The position numbers and the translations under genes are program-made. From NCBI GenBank assembly GCA_044235195.1, contig JBIIIA010000001.1, forward strand, positions 1-40,427: 40,427 nucleotides of DNA, written 5' to 3'. This DNA comes from Thermoflexales bacterium. Its GTDB lineage: Bacteria; Chloroflexota; Anaerolineae; J036; Brachytrichaceae. Below the pieces are notes generated by a model that saw nothing but the letters and a program-made list of their open reading frames with translations, ran no database searches and was not told where the DNA came from. This document shows, piece after piece, positions 25,312 through 33,354 of the stretch. Every line of letters begins with the position of its first letter. Positions within the stretch are counted from its first letter, which is position 1.

Positions 25312-25986
25312 ATGGCACGCAGGAACCGCAACAATGAATATGTCGTCATCGGTCTTGGGCGGTTCGGCAGCAGCCTGGCGCGCGAACTGACGAAGCGCGG
25401 CGCGTCGGTGCTCGGCATCGATCGCGACCCGGAGCTGGTGCAGCGCTACGCCGAGGAAATCACCGAGACCGTGACGCTCGACTCCACCGACGAGTCGGCG
25501 CTGAGCGAAGTCGATGTGTTTTCATACAAGACCGTCATCGTGGCGATCGGTGACAACTTCGAAGCCAGCCTGATCACCACCTCGATCCTCAAGCAGCACA
25601 ACGTGCCGCAGGTCATCGCCAAGGCGCTGACCGAGCGGCAGAAGGACATTCTCGGGCGCATGGGCGCCGATCGCGTGATCCTGCCGGAGCACGAGGCCGG
25701 CGAATGGCTGTCGCATCAACTGCTGCACCCGGGCGTCATCGAGTACTTCGACATCGGGCCGAATTTCACGATCAGTGAAGTGACTCTGCCCGAATCGTGG
25801 GTGGGCCGCATGCTGCAGGACCTCGATCTGCGGAAGCGGTGCAACGCCACGATTCTCGTGGTGAAGCGCGGCGCATCCGTGACTGTGGTCCCGCCTTCGG
25901 GATTCGTCTTCGAGAAAAATGACGTGATCGTGGTGTTCGGCCCGAACAAAATGATCGACGAGATCTACGAAAACGAAAACCGATGA
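25312..25986 (+). CDS. ktrA: K+ uptake system NAD-binding regulatory subunit (KtrA/TrkA-type, RCK N+C)
   Basis: ORF 25180..25986 trimmed to ATG 25312 (MARRNRNNEYVVIGLGRFGSSLAREL, a Rossmann GxGxxG). About 224 aa, typical of KtrA. Confidence 0.85.
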   Translation: MARRNRNNEYVVIGLGRFGSSLARELTKRGASVLGIDRDPELVQRYAEEITETVTLDSTDESALSEVDVFSYKTVIVAIGDNFEASLITTSILKQHNVPQVIAKALTERQKDILGRMGADRVILPEHEAGEWLSHQLLHPGVIEYFDIGPNFTISEVTLPESWVGRMLQDLDLRKRCNATILVVKRGASVTVVPPSGFVFEKNDVIVVFGPNKMIDEIYENENR

Positions 25987-27359
25987 ACCGGCTGCGACTT
26001 TTCATCTCGGCGCGATTCCCCATGCTGACGCGCATTCCCATACCGGTGCGGCTGGTGGGCGGCCTGGCGCTGCTGGTGACGACCGGCACGCTGCTGCTGC
26101 TGGCCACCGAGTGGGTATCCGATCGCCCGCTGACGTGGAACGAGGCGCTGTTCACCACGGTGTCCGCGCTGACGGTGACCGGGCTGTCGGTGATCGCCCC
26201 GGGCCGCGATCTGACGGCGGCCGGGCAAGTCGTGCTGCTGCTGCTGATTCAGCTGGGCGGCGTCGGGTTCATGGCGCTGGCGGTGGTGTTCTTCCAGCTG
26301 CTCGGCTGGCAGCTGGGCATGCAGAATCGCATCGCGCTGCGCGAAGCGCTCGGGCTGAGCAACCTCCGGGAAATCCTGCGCCTGACGCAGCGCGCGCTGC
26401 TGGTGCTGGCGGCGATCGAACTCATCGGCGCGGTCGCACTCTTCCTGCACTGGCGCACGTTCGTGCCGCTGCCGGAGGGACAGATCGCGTGGTATGCACT
26501 TTTTCACGCCGTGTCGGCGATGTGCAACGCCGGCTTCGATCTTTTCGGCGGCCTGCCGCAGTTCCCGAGCGGACCGCCGACCGACACGCTCACGCTGGTG
26601 ATCATGTGCACGCTGATCTTCCTCGGCGGCATCGGCATTCCGGTGATCACCAACCTGCTGCAGTTCTGGCGGGTGCGCAAGCTGCGCTTCCACGTGAAGA
26701 TCGCGCTCATCACCAGCGTCGTGCTGATCCTGTTCGGCGGCGTGGCGCTGATGATCGCCGAAGGGCAGCCGGGCGGCGTGCTGGCGGACGAACCTAGCCT
26801 GGTGCGACGATTCGTGCTGGCCACGGCGCAGTCGGTGTCGGCGCGCACGGCCGGATTCGCCTGGCTGCCGCGCTTCGACGAGATCACGCCGGCTTCGCAG
26901 TTCCTGCTGATGACGCTGATGTTCATCGGCGCCTCGCCGGCGTCGATGGGCGGCGGCATCAAGACGGTGAGCTTCGCGGTGCTGGTGCTGTCGCTGTTCG
27001 CCTACGTGCGCGGCCTGCGCGACGTGACGTTGTGGCGGCGCACCATCGGCGCGCAGAACATTCAAAAATCGGCGGCCGTGCTGACGGCAGCGCTGTTCGC
27101 GGTGGTGACGGCGACGTGGCTGCTGGCCATCACCCAGGACGTCGGCCTCGACCGTGCCATGTTCGAGGTGATCTCGGCGTTCGCCACGTGCGGCCTGACG
27201 CTGGCGTTCACCGCCGAGATGGATGTGTTCGGGCAGCTGCTCATCATGTTCGTGATGTTCTGGGGGCGGCTCGGTGCGCTGACCGTAGTGGCGGCGGTGG
27301 CCTGGCCGCGTCGTCGCCCGCTGGTGGCGTTCCCCGAAGACGAAGTGCTTATCGGGTGA
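25983..27359 (+). CDS. ktrB: TrkH/KtrB family K+ transporter membrane subunit
   Basis: 458-aa polytopic ORF with an ATGA overlap to ktrA. Selectivity-filter-like segments TVTGLS, NAGFD, SARTAGF and ATCGLT. Confidence 0.85.
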   Translation: MNRLRLFISARFPMLTRIPIPVRLVGGLALLVTTGTLLLLATEWVSDRPLTWNEALFTTVSALTVTGLSVIAPGRDLTAAGQVVLLLLIQLGGVGFMALAVVFFQLLGWQLGMQNRIALREALGLSNLREILRLTQRALLVLAAIELIGAVALFLHWRTFVPLPEGQIAWYALFHAVSAMCNAGFDLFGGLPQFPSGPPTDTLTLVIMCTLIFLGGIGIPVITNLLQFWRVRKLRFHVKIALITSVVLILFGGVALMIAEGQPGGVLADEPSLVRRFVLATAQSVSARTAGFAWLPRFDEITPASQFLLMTLMFIGASPASMGGGIKTVSFAVLVLSLFAYVRGLRDVTLWRRTIGAQNIQKSAAVLTAALFAVVTATWLLAITQDVGLDRAMFEVISAFATCGLTLAFTAEMDVFGQLLIMFVMFWGRLGALTVVAAVAWPRRRPLVAFPEDEVLIG

Positions 27360-27382
27360 AATCTGCAATAGACTAACCGCCC

Positions 27383-28396
27383 ATGCGCATACGAAATCTC
27401 GGCGCGACCGGCCTCAAGGTCACGGAAGTGTGTCTCGGAACCATGACGTTCGGCAACCAGGCCGATGAAGCGACGTCCTTTCAGATCCTCGATGCGGCGG
27501 AGGCGCGCGGCGTCAATTTCATCGACACGGCCGACGCCTATCCGCTCGGCCGGAACTGGGAGAGCGCCGGAGCGACAGAAGAGATCATCGGAAACTGGAT
27601 GCGCGAGCGCAAATCGCGCGATCGCATCGTGCTGGCGACGAAGTGTCGCGGCGCGATGGGGCCCGGCCCGAACGACGAGGGCCTCAGCCGCCGGCACGTC
27701 ATCGCCGCCTGTGAGGCCAGCCTGCGTCGCCTGAAGACCGACTACATCGACCTGTATCAGGCGCACGCGCCCGATCCGAGCACGCCGATCGAGGAGACGC
27801 TGCGCGCGTTCGACGACCTGGTGCGCGCCGGCAAGGTGCGCTACGTCGGCTGCTCGAACTTCCCGGCGCATCAGCTCGGCGACGCGATCTGGACGAGCCG
27901 CCTGCACGGACTGGCGCGCTTCGACAGCGCGCAGCCGCGCTACAACATGCTCTTCCGCATGATCGAGGACGAAATTCTGCCGCTGTGCCGCACGCACGGC
28001 ATCGGCGTGATCGTCTACAACCCGCTGGCCGGCGGCATGCTGACCGGGCGCTATCGCGGCATGCGTGAAGTGCAGGCCGGCACGCGCTTCGCGCTCGGCA
28101 ACAACAGCGGCGCGCTGTATCAGAAGCGCTACTGGAACGATGCCGTGTTCGATGCGATCGACCGCTTGTCGAATTTCCTGGCGGCGCGCGGCAAGAACCT
28201 GACGCACGTGGCGCTCAGCTGGGTGCTGCAGCAGGACGGCGTGACGAGCGCCATCGTCGGCGCCAGCCGGCCGGAACAGCTTGAGGACAGCCTGCAGGGC
28301 GTGAGCCTGGCGCTCGACGCCGAAGAGCTCGCGGCGTGCGACGAAATCTGGTTCGAACTGCCGCGCGAGCGCGACCCGCAGGTGGCGCGTCGCTGA
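27383..28396 (+). CDS. aldo/keto reductase
   Basis: 337-aa ORF. LGTMTFG, INFIDTADAYPLG, DYIDLYQAH and KVRYVGCSNF are typical AKR signatures. Confidence 0.9.
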   Translation: MRIRNLGATGLKVTEVCLGTMTFGNQADEATSFQILDAAEARGVNFIDTADAYPLGRNWESAGATEEIIGNWMRERKSRDRIVLATKCRGAMGPGPNDEGLSRRHVIAACEASLRRLKTDYIDLYQAHAPDPSTPIEETLRAFDDLVRAGKVRYVGCSNFPAHQLGDAIWTSRLHGLARFDSAQPRYNMLFRMIEDEILPLCRTHGIGVIVYNPLAGGMLTGRYRGMREVQAGTRFALGNNSGALYQKRYWNDAVFDAIDRLSNFLAARGKNLTHVALSWVLQQDGVTSAIVGASRPEQLEDSLQGVSLALDAEELAACDEIWFELPRERDPQVARR

Positions 28397-28468
28397 CGCA
28401 TGACGGCGCGGCGCCGCCGCATCTTCGGCCCGACGTCGCGCCCTCTTCGTGCTCATCCGTATGTTCAA

Positions 28469-28517
28469 GGCTGAGTCGCCATGCCCCGGCCGGAGGCCGG
28501 GGCATGGCGACTCAGCC
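28469..28517. terminator. perfect 23-bp GC-rich hairpin with 3-nt loop
   Basis: ggctgagtcgccatgccccggcc-gga-ggccggggcatggcgactcagcc, 73 nt downstream of the AKR stop. Only a weak T-run (gagttta) follows. Confidence 0.55.
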
Positions 28518-28578
28518 GGAGTTTACGGATTGGCTCTTAATGCGAATGCGGCATGATTCCGGCCGGAAATTAAAAACA

Positions 28579-29307
28579 ATGAGTACGAGACATCTGGACC
28601 TTCCCGACCTTCTGAATGCGCGCGACCTCGGCGGCCTGCCGACGCGCTCCGGCGGCGCGACGCGCTGGCGTTCCTTCGTGCGCACCGACGGGCTGCACAA
28701 CCTGAACGAAGTCGGCCGTGCGGCGCTGCACGGCTACGGCGTGCGCACGGTGATCGACCTGCGCATGCCGCACGAGCTCGAGCAGCTGCCGAACCCGCTG
28801 CAGAGCGACCCGAACATGAATTTCTTGCACGTGTCGCTGCTCGGCGCCGTGGGCGACGAGGTCTTCGAGCGCAACAAGCATCTGCCGCCGCACTCCGAAT
28901 GGGCGCTGGTGGTGCTGGAGGAATCGAAGGAAAACTTCCGCCGCGTTTTCTCCGGCATCGCCGATGCGCCGGAGGGCGTGGTGCTGTTTCACTGCTACGC
29001 CGGCAAAGACCGCACCGGCCTGGTGGCCGATCTGCTGCTGGATCTGGCCGACGTGCACGACGACCACATCGTCGACGACTACGACCTGAGCAACGCGCGT
29101 CTGTGGAAGCACGTCGAAGCGGTGAGCGACACCATCGAAGACCCGACGGCGCGTGCGCGTGCCGTCGACGCGTGGACGGTGCGCCGCGAGACCGCGGAAA
29201 CCGTGCTGTCGCACGTGCGCGCGCGCTACGGCGGCGCGGCCGGCTATCTGAAGGCCGTCGGCCTGAGCGACGAGGAAATCGCAGCCGTGCGTCGCCGGTT
29301 GCTATGA
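28579..29307 (+). CDS. protein tyrosine/serine phosphatase (Y_phosphatase3-like)
   Basis: ORF 28336..29307 trimmed to ATG 28579 (MSTRHLDLPDLLNARDLGG). CX5R active site HCYAGKDRTG. Confidence 0.8.
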   Translation: MSTRHLDLPDLLNARDLGGLPTRSGGATRWRSFVRTDGLHNLNEVGRAALHGYGVRTVIDLRMPHELEQLPNPLQSDPNMNFLHVSLLGAVGDEVFERNKHLPPHSEWALVVLEESKENFRRVFSGIADAPEGVVLFHCYAGKDRTGLVADLLLDLADVHDDHIVDDYDLSNARLWKHVEAVSDTIEDPTARARAVDAWTVRRETAETVLSHVRARYGGAAGYLKAVGLSDEEIAAVRRRLL

Positions 29308-29699
29308 TCGTGGGCATGAGTCCACGAGCAGAAGTTCACATCGGCGCGCAGAACTATCGCGCCGACATCACGATTCGCGAACACGCCCTGATCGCCGACG
29401 AGCCTGCCGCCGTCGGCGGCCAGGATCTCGGGCCGACGGCCATGGAGATGGTCGCCGGCGCGCTCGGCGCGTGCACGTCGGTGACGCTGCGCATGTACGC
29501 CCAGCGCAAGGGATGGGATTTGCAGACCGTCGACGTCCGCGTGGACATCGACTACAAGGCGTTCACGATCCGGCGCGAAATCGTGCTGGGGGGAGATCTG
29601 GATGCCGAGCAGCGCGCGCGTCTGATGCAGATCGCGGATGCGTGCCCGGTGCACAAGCTGCTGGCCAATGCCGTGCCGGTGACGACGACGGCGGCATAG
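29304..29699 (+). CDS. OsmC/Ohr family peroxiredoxin-like protein
   Basis: ORF 28899..29699 trimmed to ATG 29304, which makes an ATGA overlap with the phosphatase stop (alternative ATG 29316). Conserved cysteines in GACTSVT and ACPVHK. Confidence 0.85.
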   Translation: MIVGMSPRAEVHIGAQNYRADITIREHALIADEPAAVGGQDLGPTAMEMVAGALGACTSVTLRMYAQRKGWDLQTVDVRVDIDYKAFTIRREIVLGGDLDAEQRARLMQIADACPVHKLLANAVPVTTTAA

Positions 29700-29724
29700 C
29701 GACGCGGCACCGTCGTACATTGAA

Positions 29725-29768
29725 AATCACGCCGCATGCGCAGAATGAAAACAGCGCGCGGCGTGATT
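29725..29768. terminator. hairpin between convergent OsmC and acpP (15 bp with a 2-nt bulge, 12-nt loop)
   Basis: aatcacgccgc[at]gcgc - agaatgaaaaca - gcgcgcggcgtgatt. Confidence 0.45.
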
Positions 29769-29797
29769 CTCGGAATTGCAGGACGCAGCCTGCGCGA

Positions 29798-30037
29798 TTA
29801 CTGGCCGCGCGATTCGAGGTACTTGACGGCCTCGCCGACGGTCGTGATCTTCTGGGCGTCCTCGTCGCTGATCTCGCCGCCGAATTCCTCTTCGAACTTC
29901 ATGATCAGTTCGACGAGGTCGAGCGAGTCCGCCTCGAGGTCGTCGCGGAAGCTCGCTTCCATCACGACTTTGTCCTCGGACACGCCGAGCAGCTCCACGG
30001 TCAGTTTCTTCACGCGTTCAAAAGTAGACTCTGCCAT
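29798..30037 (-). CDS. acpP: acyl carrier protein
   Basis: ORF 29798..30229 trimmed to ATG 30037 ([19 protein letters not shown]...), with GGAG 10 nt upstream. Phosphopantetheine site [11 protein letters not shown]. 79 aa. Confidence 0.9.
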   Translation of the reverse strand: MAESTFERVKKLTVELLGVSEDKVVMEASFRDDLEADSLDLVELIMKFEEEFGGEISDEDAQKITTVGEAVKYLESRGQ

Positions 30038-30307
30038 TGCTAATAAACTCCTTCTCTGTAGGACGCTGATTCTATAGCCAAGACCGGCCGCCCGGTGCCG
30101 CTTTCGCCGATTTCGTCCATGCGTCGCCTTGAACTGCGCCGCCGGGCGCGATTCAGCAGCGGAGCGTGCGAGTCGTCGAATCTGGTTGGAGAAACACCGC
30201 GTGCGGATGAGAGTTGCGCGTTTTTGCAATGTTCGTCCGGAGCGGGGCGTTCGGGGCTGGACATGCTCTTTCCGCGTCGATCTGGGTTAAAGTGTGACCA
30301 TACCAGC

Positions 30308-31342
30308 ATGAGCGAGCACATTCTCGAACGCCGCAAGGCGGACCACATCCGCATCAACCTCGATGAGAACGTCGCTTCCGGGCTGACGACCGGCCTCGAA
30401 CGCTATTGTTTCGAGCACGAGGCGCTGCCGGAGATCGACGCTGCGGCGATCGACCTCGGTGTGACTTTCCTGGGGCGGCGGCTGCGTGCGCCGCTGCTGA
30501 TTTCGTCGATGACCGGGGGGACGGAGCAGGCGCGCTGGATCAATCGCAACCTGGCGGCGGCGGCGCAGGAGGCGGGCCTGGCGATGGGCGTGGGCAGCAC
30601 GCGCGCGGCGGTGGCGCATCCCGAGCTGAGCGACACTTTTCACGTGCGCGACGTGGCGCCGGACATTCTGCTGATGGCGAACATCGGCGCGGTGCAGCTG
30701 AACTACGGGTTCGACCTCGACATGTGCCGGCGCGCGCTGGCGCTGATGCAGGCGGATGCGCTCATCCTGCATTTGAACCCGCTGCAGGAAGTGCTGCAGC
30801 CGGAAGGGGATACGAACTGGGCCGGCCTGCTGGACAAGATGGGCGACGTGGTGCGCGCGCTGCACGCCGACGGCATCCCCGTGGTCGTCAAGGAAGTGGG
30901 CTGGGGCATTTCGGCCCGCGCGGCGCGCGACCTGGCGTCCATCGGCGTGGACGCGATCGACGTGGCCGGCGCGGGGGGGACGTCGTGGTCGCAGGTGGAA
31001 ATGTATCGCGCGCACAACGACGTGCAGCGGCGCATCGCGGCCGGGTTCGCCGACTGGGGCATACCGACGGCCGAGTCGATTCGCACGACGCGACGCGAGG
31101 CGCCGGGAGTGCCGGTCATCGCCAGCGGCGGGCTGGCGAACGGCGTCGACGGTGCGAAGTGCATCGCGCTCGGGGCGACGCTCTTCGGCATGGCGCGGCC
31201 GCTGCTGCGGGCGGCGACGCTGTCGCACGACGCGGTCGCGGATGAAATCGCCGTGGCGCTCGGCCAGCTGCGGGCGGTCATGCTGTGCGTCGGCGCGGTG
31301 GATCTCGAGCAGCTCGGGCGTGTGGAGCTGCGGGCATGCTGA
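30308..31342 (+). CDS. fni: type 2 isopentenyl-diphosphate delta-isomerase (FMN-dependent)
   Basis: ORF 30095..31342 trimmed to ATG 30308 ([18 protein letters not shown]). [21 protein letters not shown] and [11 protein letters not shown] match IDI-2. Confidence 0.9.
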   Translation: MSEHILERRKADHIRINLDENVASGLTTGLERYCFEHEALPEIDAAAIDLGVTFLGRRLRAPLLISSMTGGTEQARWINRNLAAAAQEAGLAMGVGSTRAAVAHPELSDTFHVRDVAPDILLMANIGAVQLNYGFDLDMCRRALALMQADALILHLNPLQEVLQPEGDTNWAGLLDKMGDVVRALHADGIPVVVKEVGWGISARAARDLASIGVDAIDVAGAGGTSWSQVEMYRAHNDVQRRIAAGFADWGIPTAESIRTTRREAPGVPVIASGGLANGVDGAKCIALGATLFGMARPLLRAATLSHDAVADEIAVALGQLRAVMLCVGAVDLEQLGRVELRAC

Positions 31343-32091
31343 TCGATGCGGCGCGAGCCGAGATGGCGCCGCTGCAGCGCCGTCTGGCCGCCGATGCAGG
31401 AGCGTCGCTGTGCGCCGAATTCGGCGAAATTTTTCTGCGCGCGATGCTGCCGGAGCGCTACGGCGTGGCGCGCGGCCGAGCGTTCGCCGTGGACGGCGAG
31501 CCGTCGTGTGCGGACGGCGTGCTGATCTTCGACGCGCTGCATCGGCTTCCGCTGGGTGATCTTCATCCGGTGGAGCTCGTCTATGCGCTGAGCGTGGCGG
31601 CCGAATTCCTCGACCTCGGCGAATTCGACCGGCAGCTGCACGCGGTCGAGCAGTTCAAGCGCATGCGTCGCGAGAAGGCGACGGCCTACGACGTCACGCC
31701 GGTGCATCATCTGCGCATGTTCGGCGCGCGCTACGCGCAGTTGTCCGACGACCAGATCAACCCCTTGCTCAGCTACGTCTTCGCGATGGATGCGGTCGAC
31801 CCGGACGTAATCTTCGATTCCCTCAACGATGCACTGCGCCGCGATGCGCCGCGCGCCGAGCACAGCCCGGACGCCATTTTCTGCCTGCGCGGCGGCTGGT
31901 TGATCGCGCGGCAGACGCGCACCGGCGAGCTCGCCGTGCCGCGCAGCAGCTTCGGCAAATTCGGCATCTATCGTGTCGGCGACGACGTGCTCACCTGGGT
32001 GTATCTCCTGCTGAACACCGCGCTGTCGCAGATTCAGCTGCGCGCGCCCGATCTGCTGAAGCACCTGCAGCGATTGTCGAAGGCCGGCTGA
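31336..32091 (+). CDS. hypothetical protein; N-terminal half faintly resembles DUF6602 / PD-(D/E)xK-like proteins
   Basis: ORF 31285..32091 trimmed to ATG 31336, a 7-nt overlap with the fni stop. Coding-like composition. The segment [37 protein letters not shown] recalls, from memory only, the LP.rygv..G.i.D..g..S.q.DiiiyD pattern. Confidence 0.5.
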   Translation: MLIDAARAEMAPLQRRLAADAGASLCAEFGEIFLRAMLPERYGVARGRAFAVDGEPSCADGVLIFDALHRLPLGDLHPVELVYALSVAAEFLDLGEFDRQLHAVEQFKRMRREKATAYDVTPVHHLRMFGARYAQLSDDQINPLLSYVFAMDAVDPDVIFDSLNDALRRDAPRAEHSPDAIFCLRGGWLIARQTRTGELAVPRSSFGKFGIYRVGDDVLTWVYLLLNTALSQIQLRAPDLLKHLQRLSKAG

Positions 32092-32097
32092 GCTGTA

Positions 32098-33354
32098 TCA
32101 CTGCGCGACCGTGCGCAGGCGCTGCAGGGTGCCGGAAACGTACGAGAGCATATACAGAGAGCCGTCCGGTCCCGAACGAATATTGACGATGGCACCGGCT
32201 TTCGTCGATACCGGCCGCACTCGGAACAGGCGCCCCTCGGCATCGACCGATGCGCGTTTCAGCCAGCCGCGGATGAAGTCGGCGAAGAAGAATTCACTGT
32301 AGGCGTCCTCCGGCAGCATGCGGCCGAAATTGAAATCGCCGGCGATGACGGCCGCCTCCGATCGATTGTGTTCGTACACGATGTCTCGTGCGCTGATTTC
32401 CGAAATGCGAAAACTGTCGCATCGCCGCAGAAATCGCGCGAACGGATGCGGCCTGATGCCGTCGAGACACGGCCAGCCGAAGCGTGCTCCGCGCGTGACG
32501 CGCACGATCGATTCGTAATGAAAAAGACCGACCTCGCCGACGTATGGTTCGTCCCTGAACGGATGCATCGCGAAGCGAAACGGGTAGCGCAAGCCGTATG
32601 CCCAGACGCGGGATCGCGCGCTGCGTGGATCGTTCGAATCGTAGAACGGATTGTTCGGCAGGCCGGCGCCCGTACGCGGATCGATGCGCAGGATCTTGCC
32701 GTTGACGGAATCCAGATCGTCGGCGCGGGCAGTGAGTAAATATTGATTTCTATCGGAATTCGCGCCGTCGCCGAACGAGACGAAGAGCATGCCGTCTCGT
32801 CCGAAGCGGATGTCCCCGATGGAATGGAAATTGCCGGGGATGATGAAATCGTCGACGATTACGAATGCGCTCTGTGGATCGACTCGGTCGTCGATGACCG
32901 TGTATCGGACGACCTTGCCTTTGCGTTCACGTGTTTTTTTGTCGCTGGGAAAGGATTCATTCGAGACGAATCCCAGGTAGATGAAACCGTTTTGCGAGAA
33001 GGCTGGATCGACCGCAGCGGCCAGCAGCCCGTGGAAATGGCCCGAGTAGATCTCGCTGCTCAAATCCAAAACAGGCTGCGGCTGTACTGCACCGTCGCGG
33101 GCAACACGCACCGTGCCGGACTTTTCAGCAAAAATTACGCGGCCGTCGGGCAGGAAGTCGAAGCTGGTGGGGCCGGTCAGGCCGGCGACGACGGTCTCGA
33201 GTGCGAAGCGCGGATCGTCTCCGGAGAGTGAGCGATGAATGTGCGCTGCGCTGCGCGCCGCGTCGACGACGGCGCGCCCGGCGCCCGACAACGGCTGCAG
33301 CAGCGACGCGCCGACGACGGCGGCGACAGCGACGATGAGTGTGACGGTCTTCAT
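32098..33354 (-). CDS. PQQ-dependent sugar (glucose/sorbosone) dehydrogenase-like beta-propeller, secreted
   Basis: 418-aa ORF with a signal peptide. DDPRFALETVVAGLTGPTSFDFLPDGRV, HSIGDIRFGRDG, GKILRIDP, RVWAYGLRYPFRF and FGWPC. ATGA overlap with the upstream paralog. Visibly lower GC. Confidence 0.8.
   Translation of the reverse strand: MKTVTLIVAVAAVVGASLLQPLSGAGRAVVDAARSAAHIHRSLSGDDPRFALETVVAGLTGPTSFDFLPDGRVIFAEKSGTVRVARDGAVQPQPVLDLSSEIYSGHFHGLLAAAVDPAFSQNGFIYLGFVSNESFPSDKKTRERKGKVVRYTVIDDRVDPQSAFVIVDDFIIPGNFHSIGDIRFGRDGMLFVSFGDGANSDRNQYLLTARADDLDSVNGKILRIDPRTGAGLPNNPFYDSNDPRSARSRVWAYGLRYPFRFAMHPFRDEPYVGEVGLFHYESIVRVTRGARFGWPCLDGIRPHPFARFLRRCDSFRISEISARDIVYEHNRSEAAVIAGDFNFGRMLPEDAYSEFFFADFIRGWLKRASVDAEGRLFRVRPVSTKAGAIVNIRSGPDGSLYMLSYVSGTLQRLRTVAQ

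Noticed and set aside
25965-28468. 467-aa and 468-aa minus-strand ORFs (25965..27368 and 27062..28468)
   Set aside because: They are antisense to ktrB and the aldo/keto reductase. Their His/Arg/Gln-rich composition is non-protein-like.
30038-30307. tRNA gene or rpmF (L32) upstream of acpP
   Set aside because: There is no cloverleaf-compatible sequence or GTTCGAATC-like T-arm. No reading frame on either strand gives an L32-like basic peptide.
30703-32064. 453-aa minus-strand ORF
   Set aside because: It is antisense to fni and the coupled hypothetical gene. It has no motifs and a biased composition.
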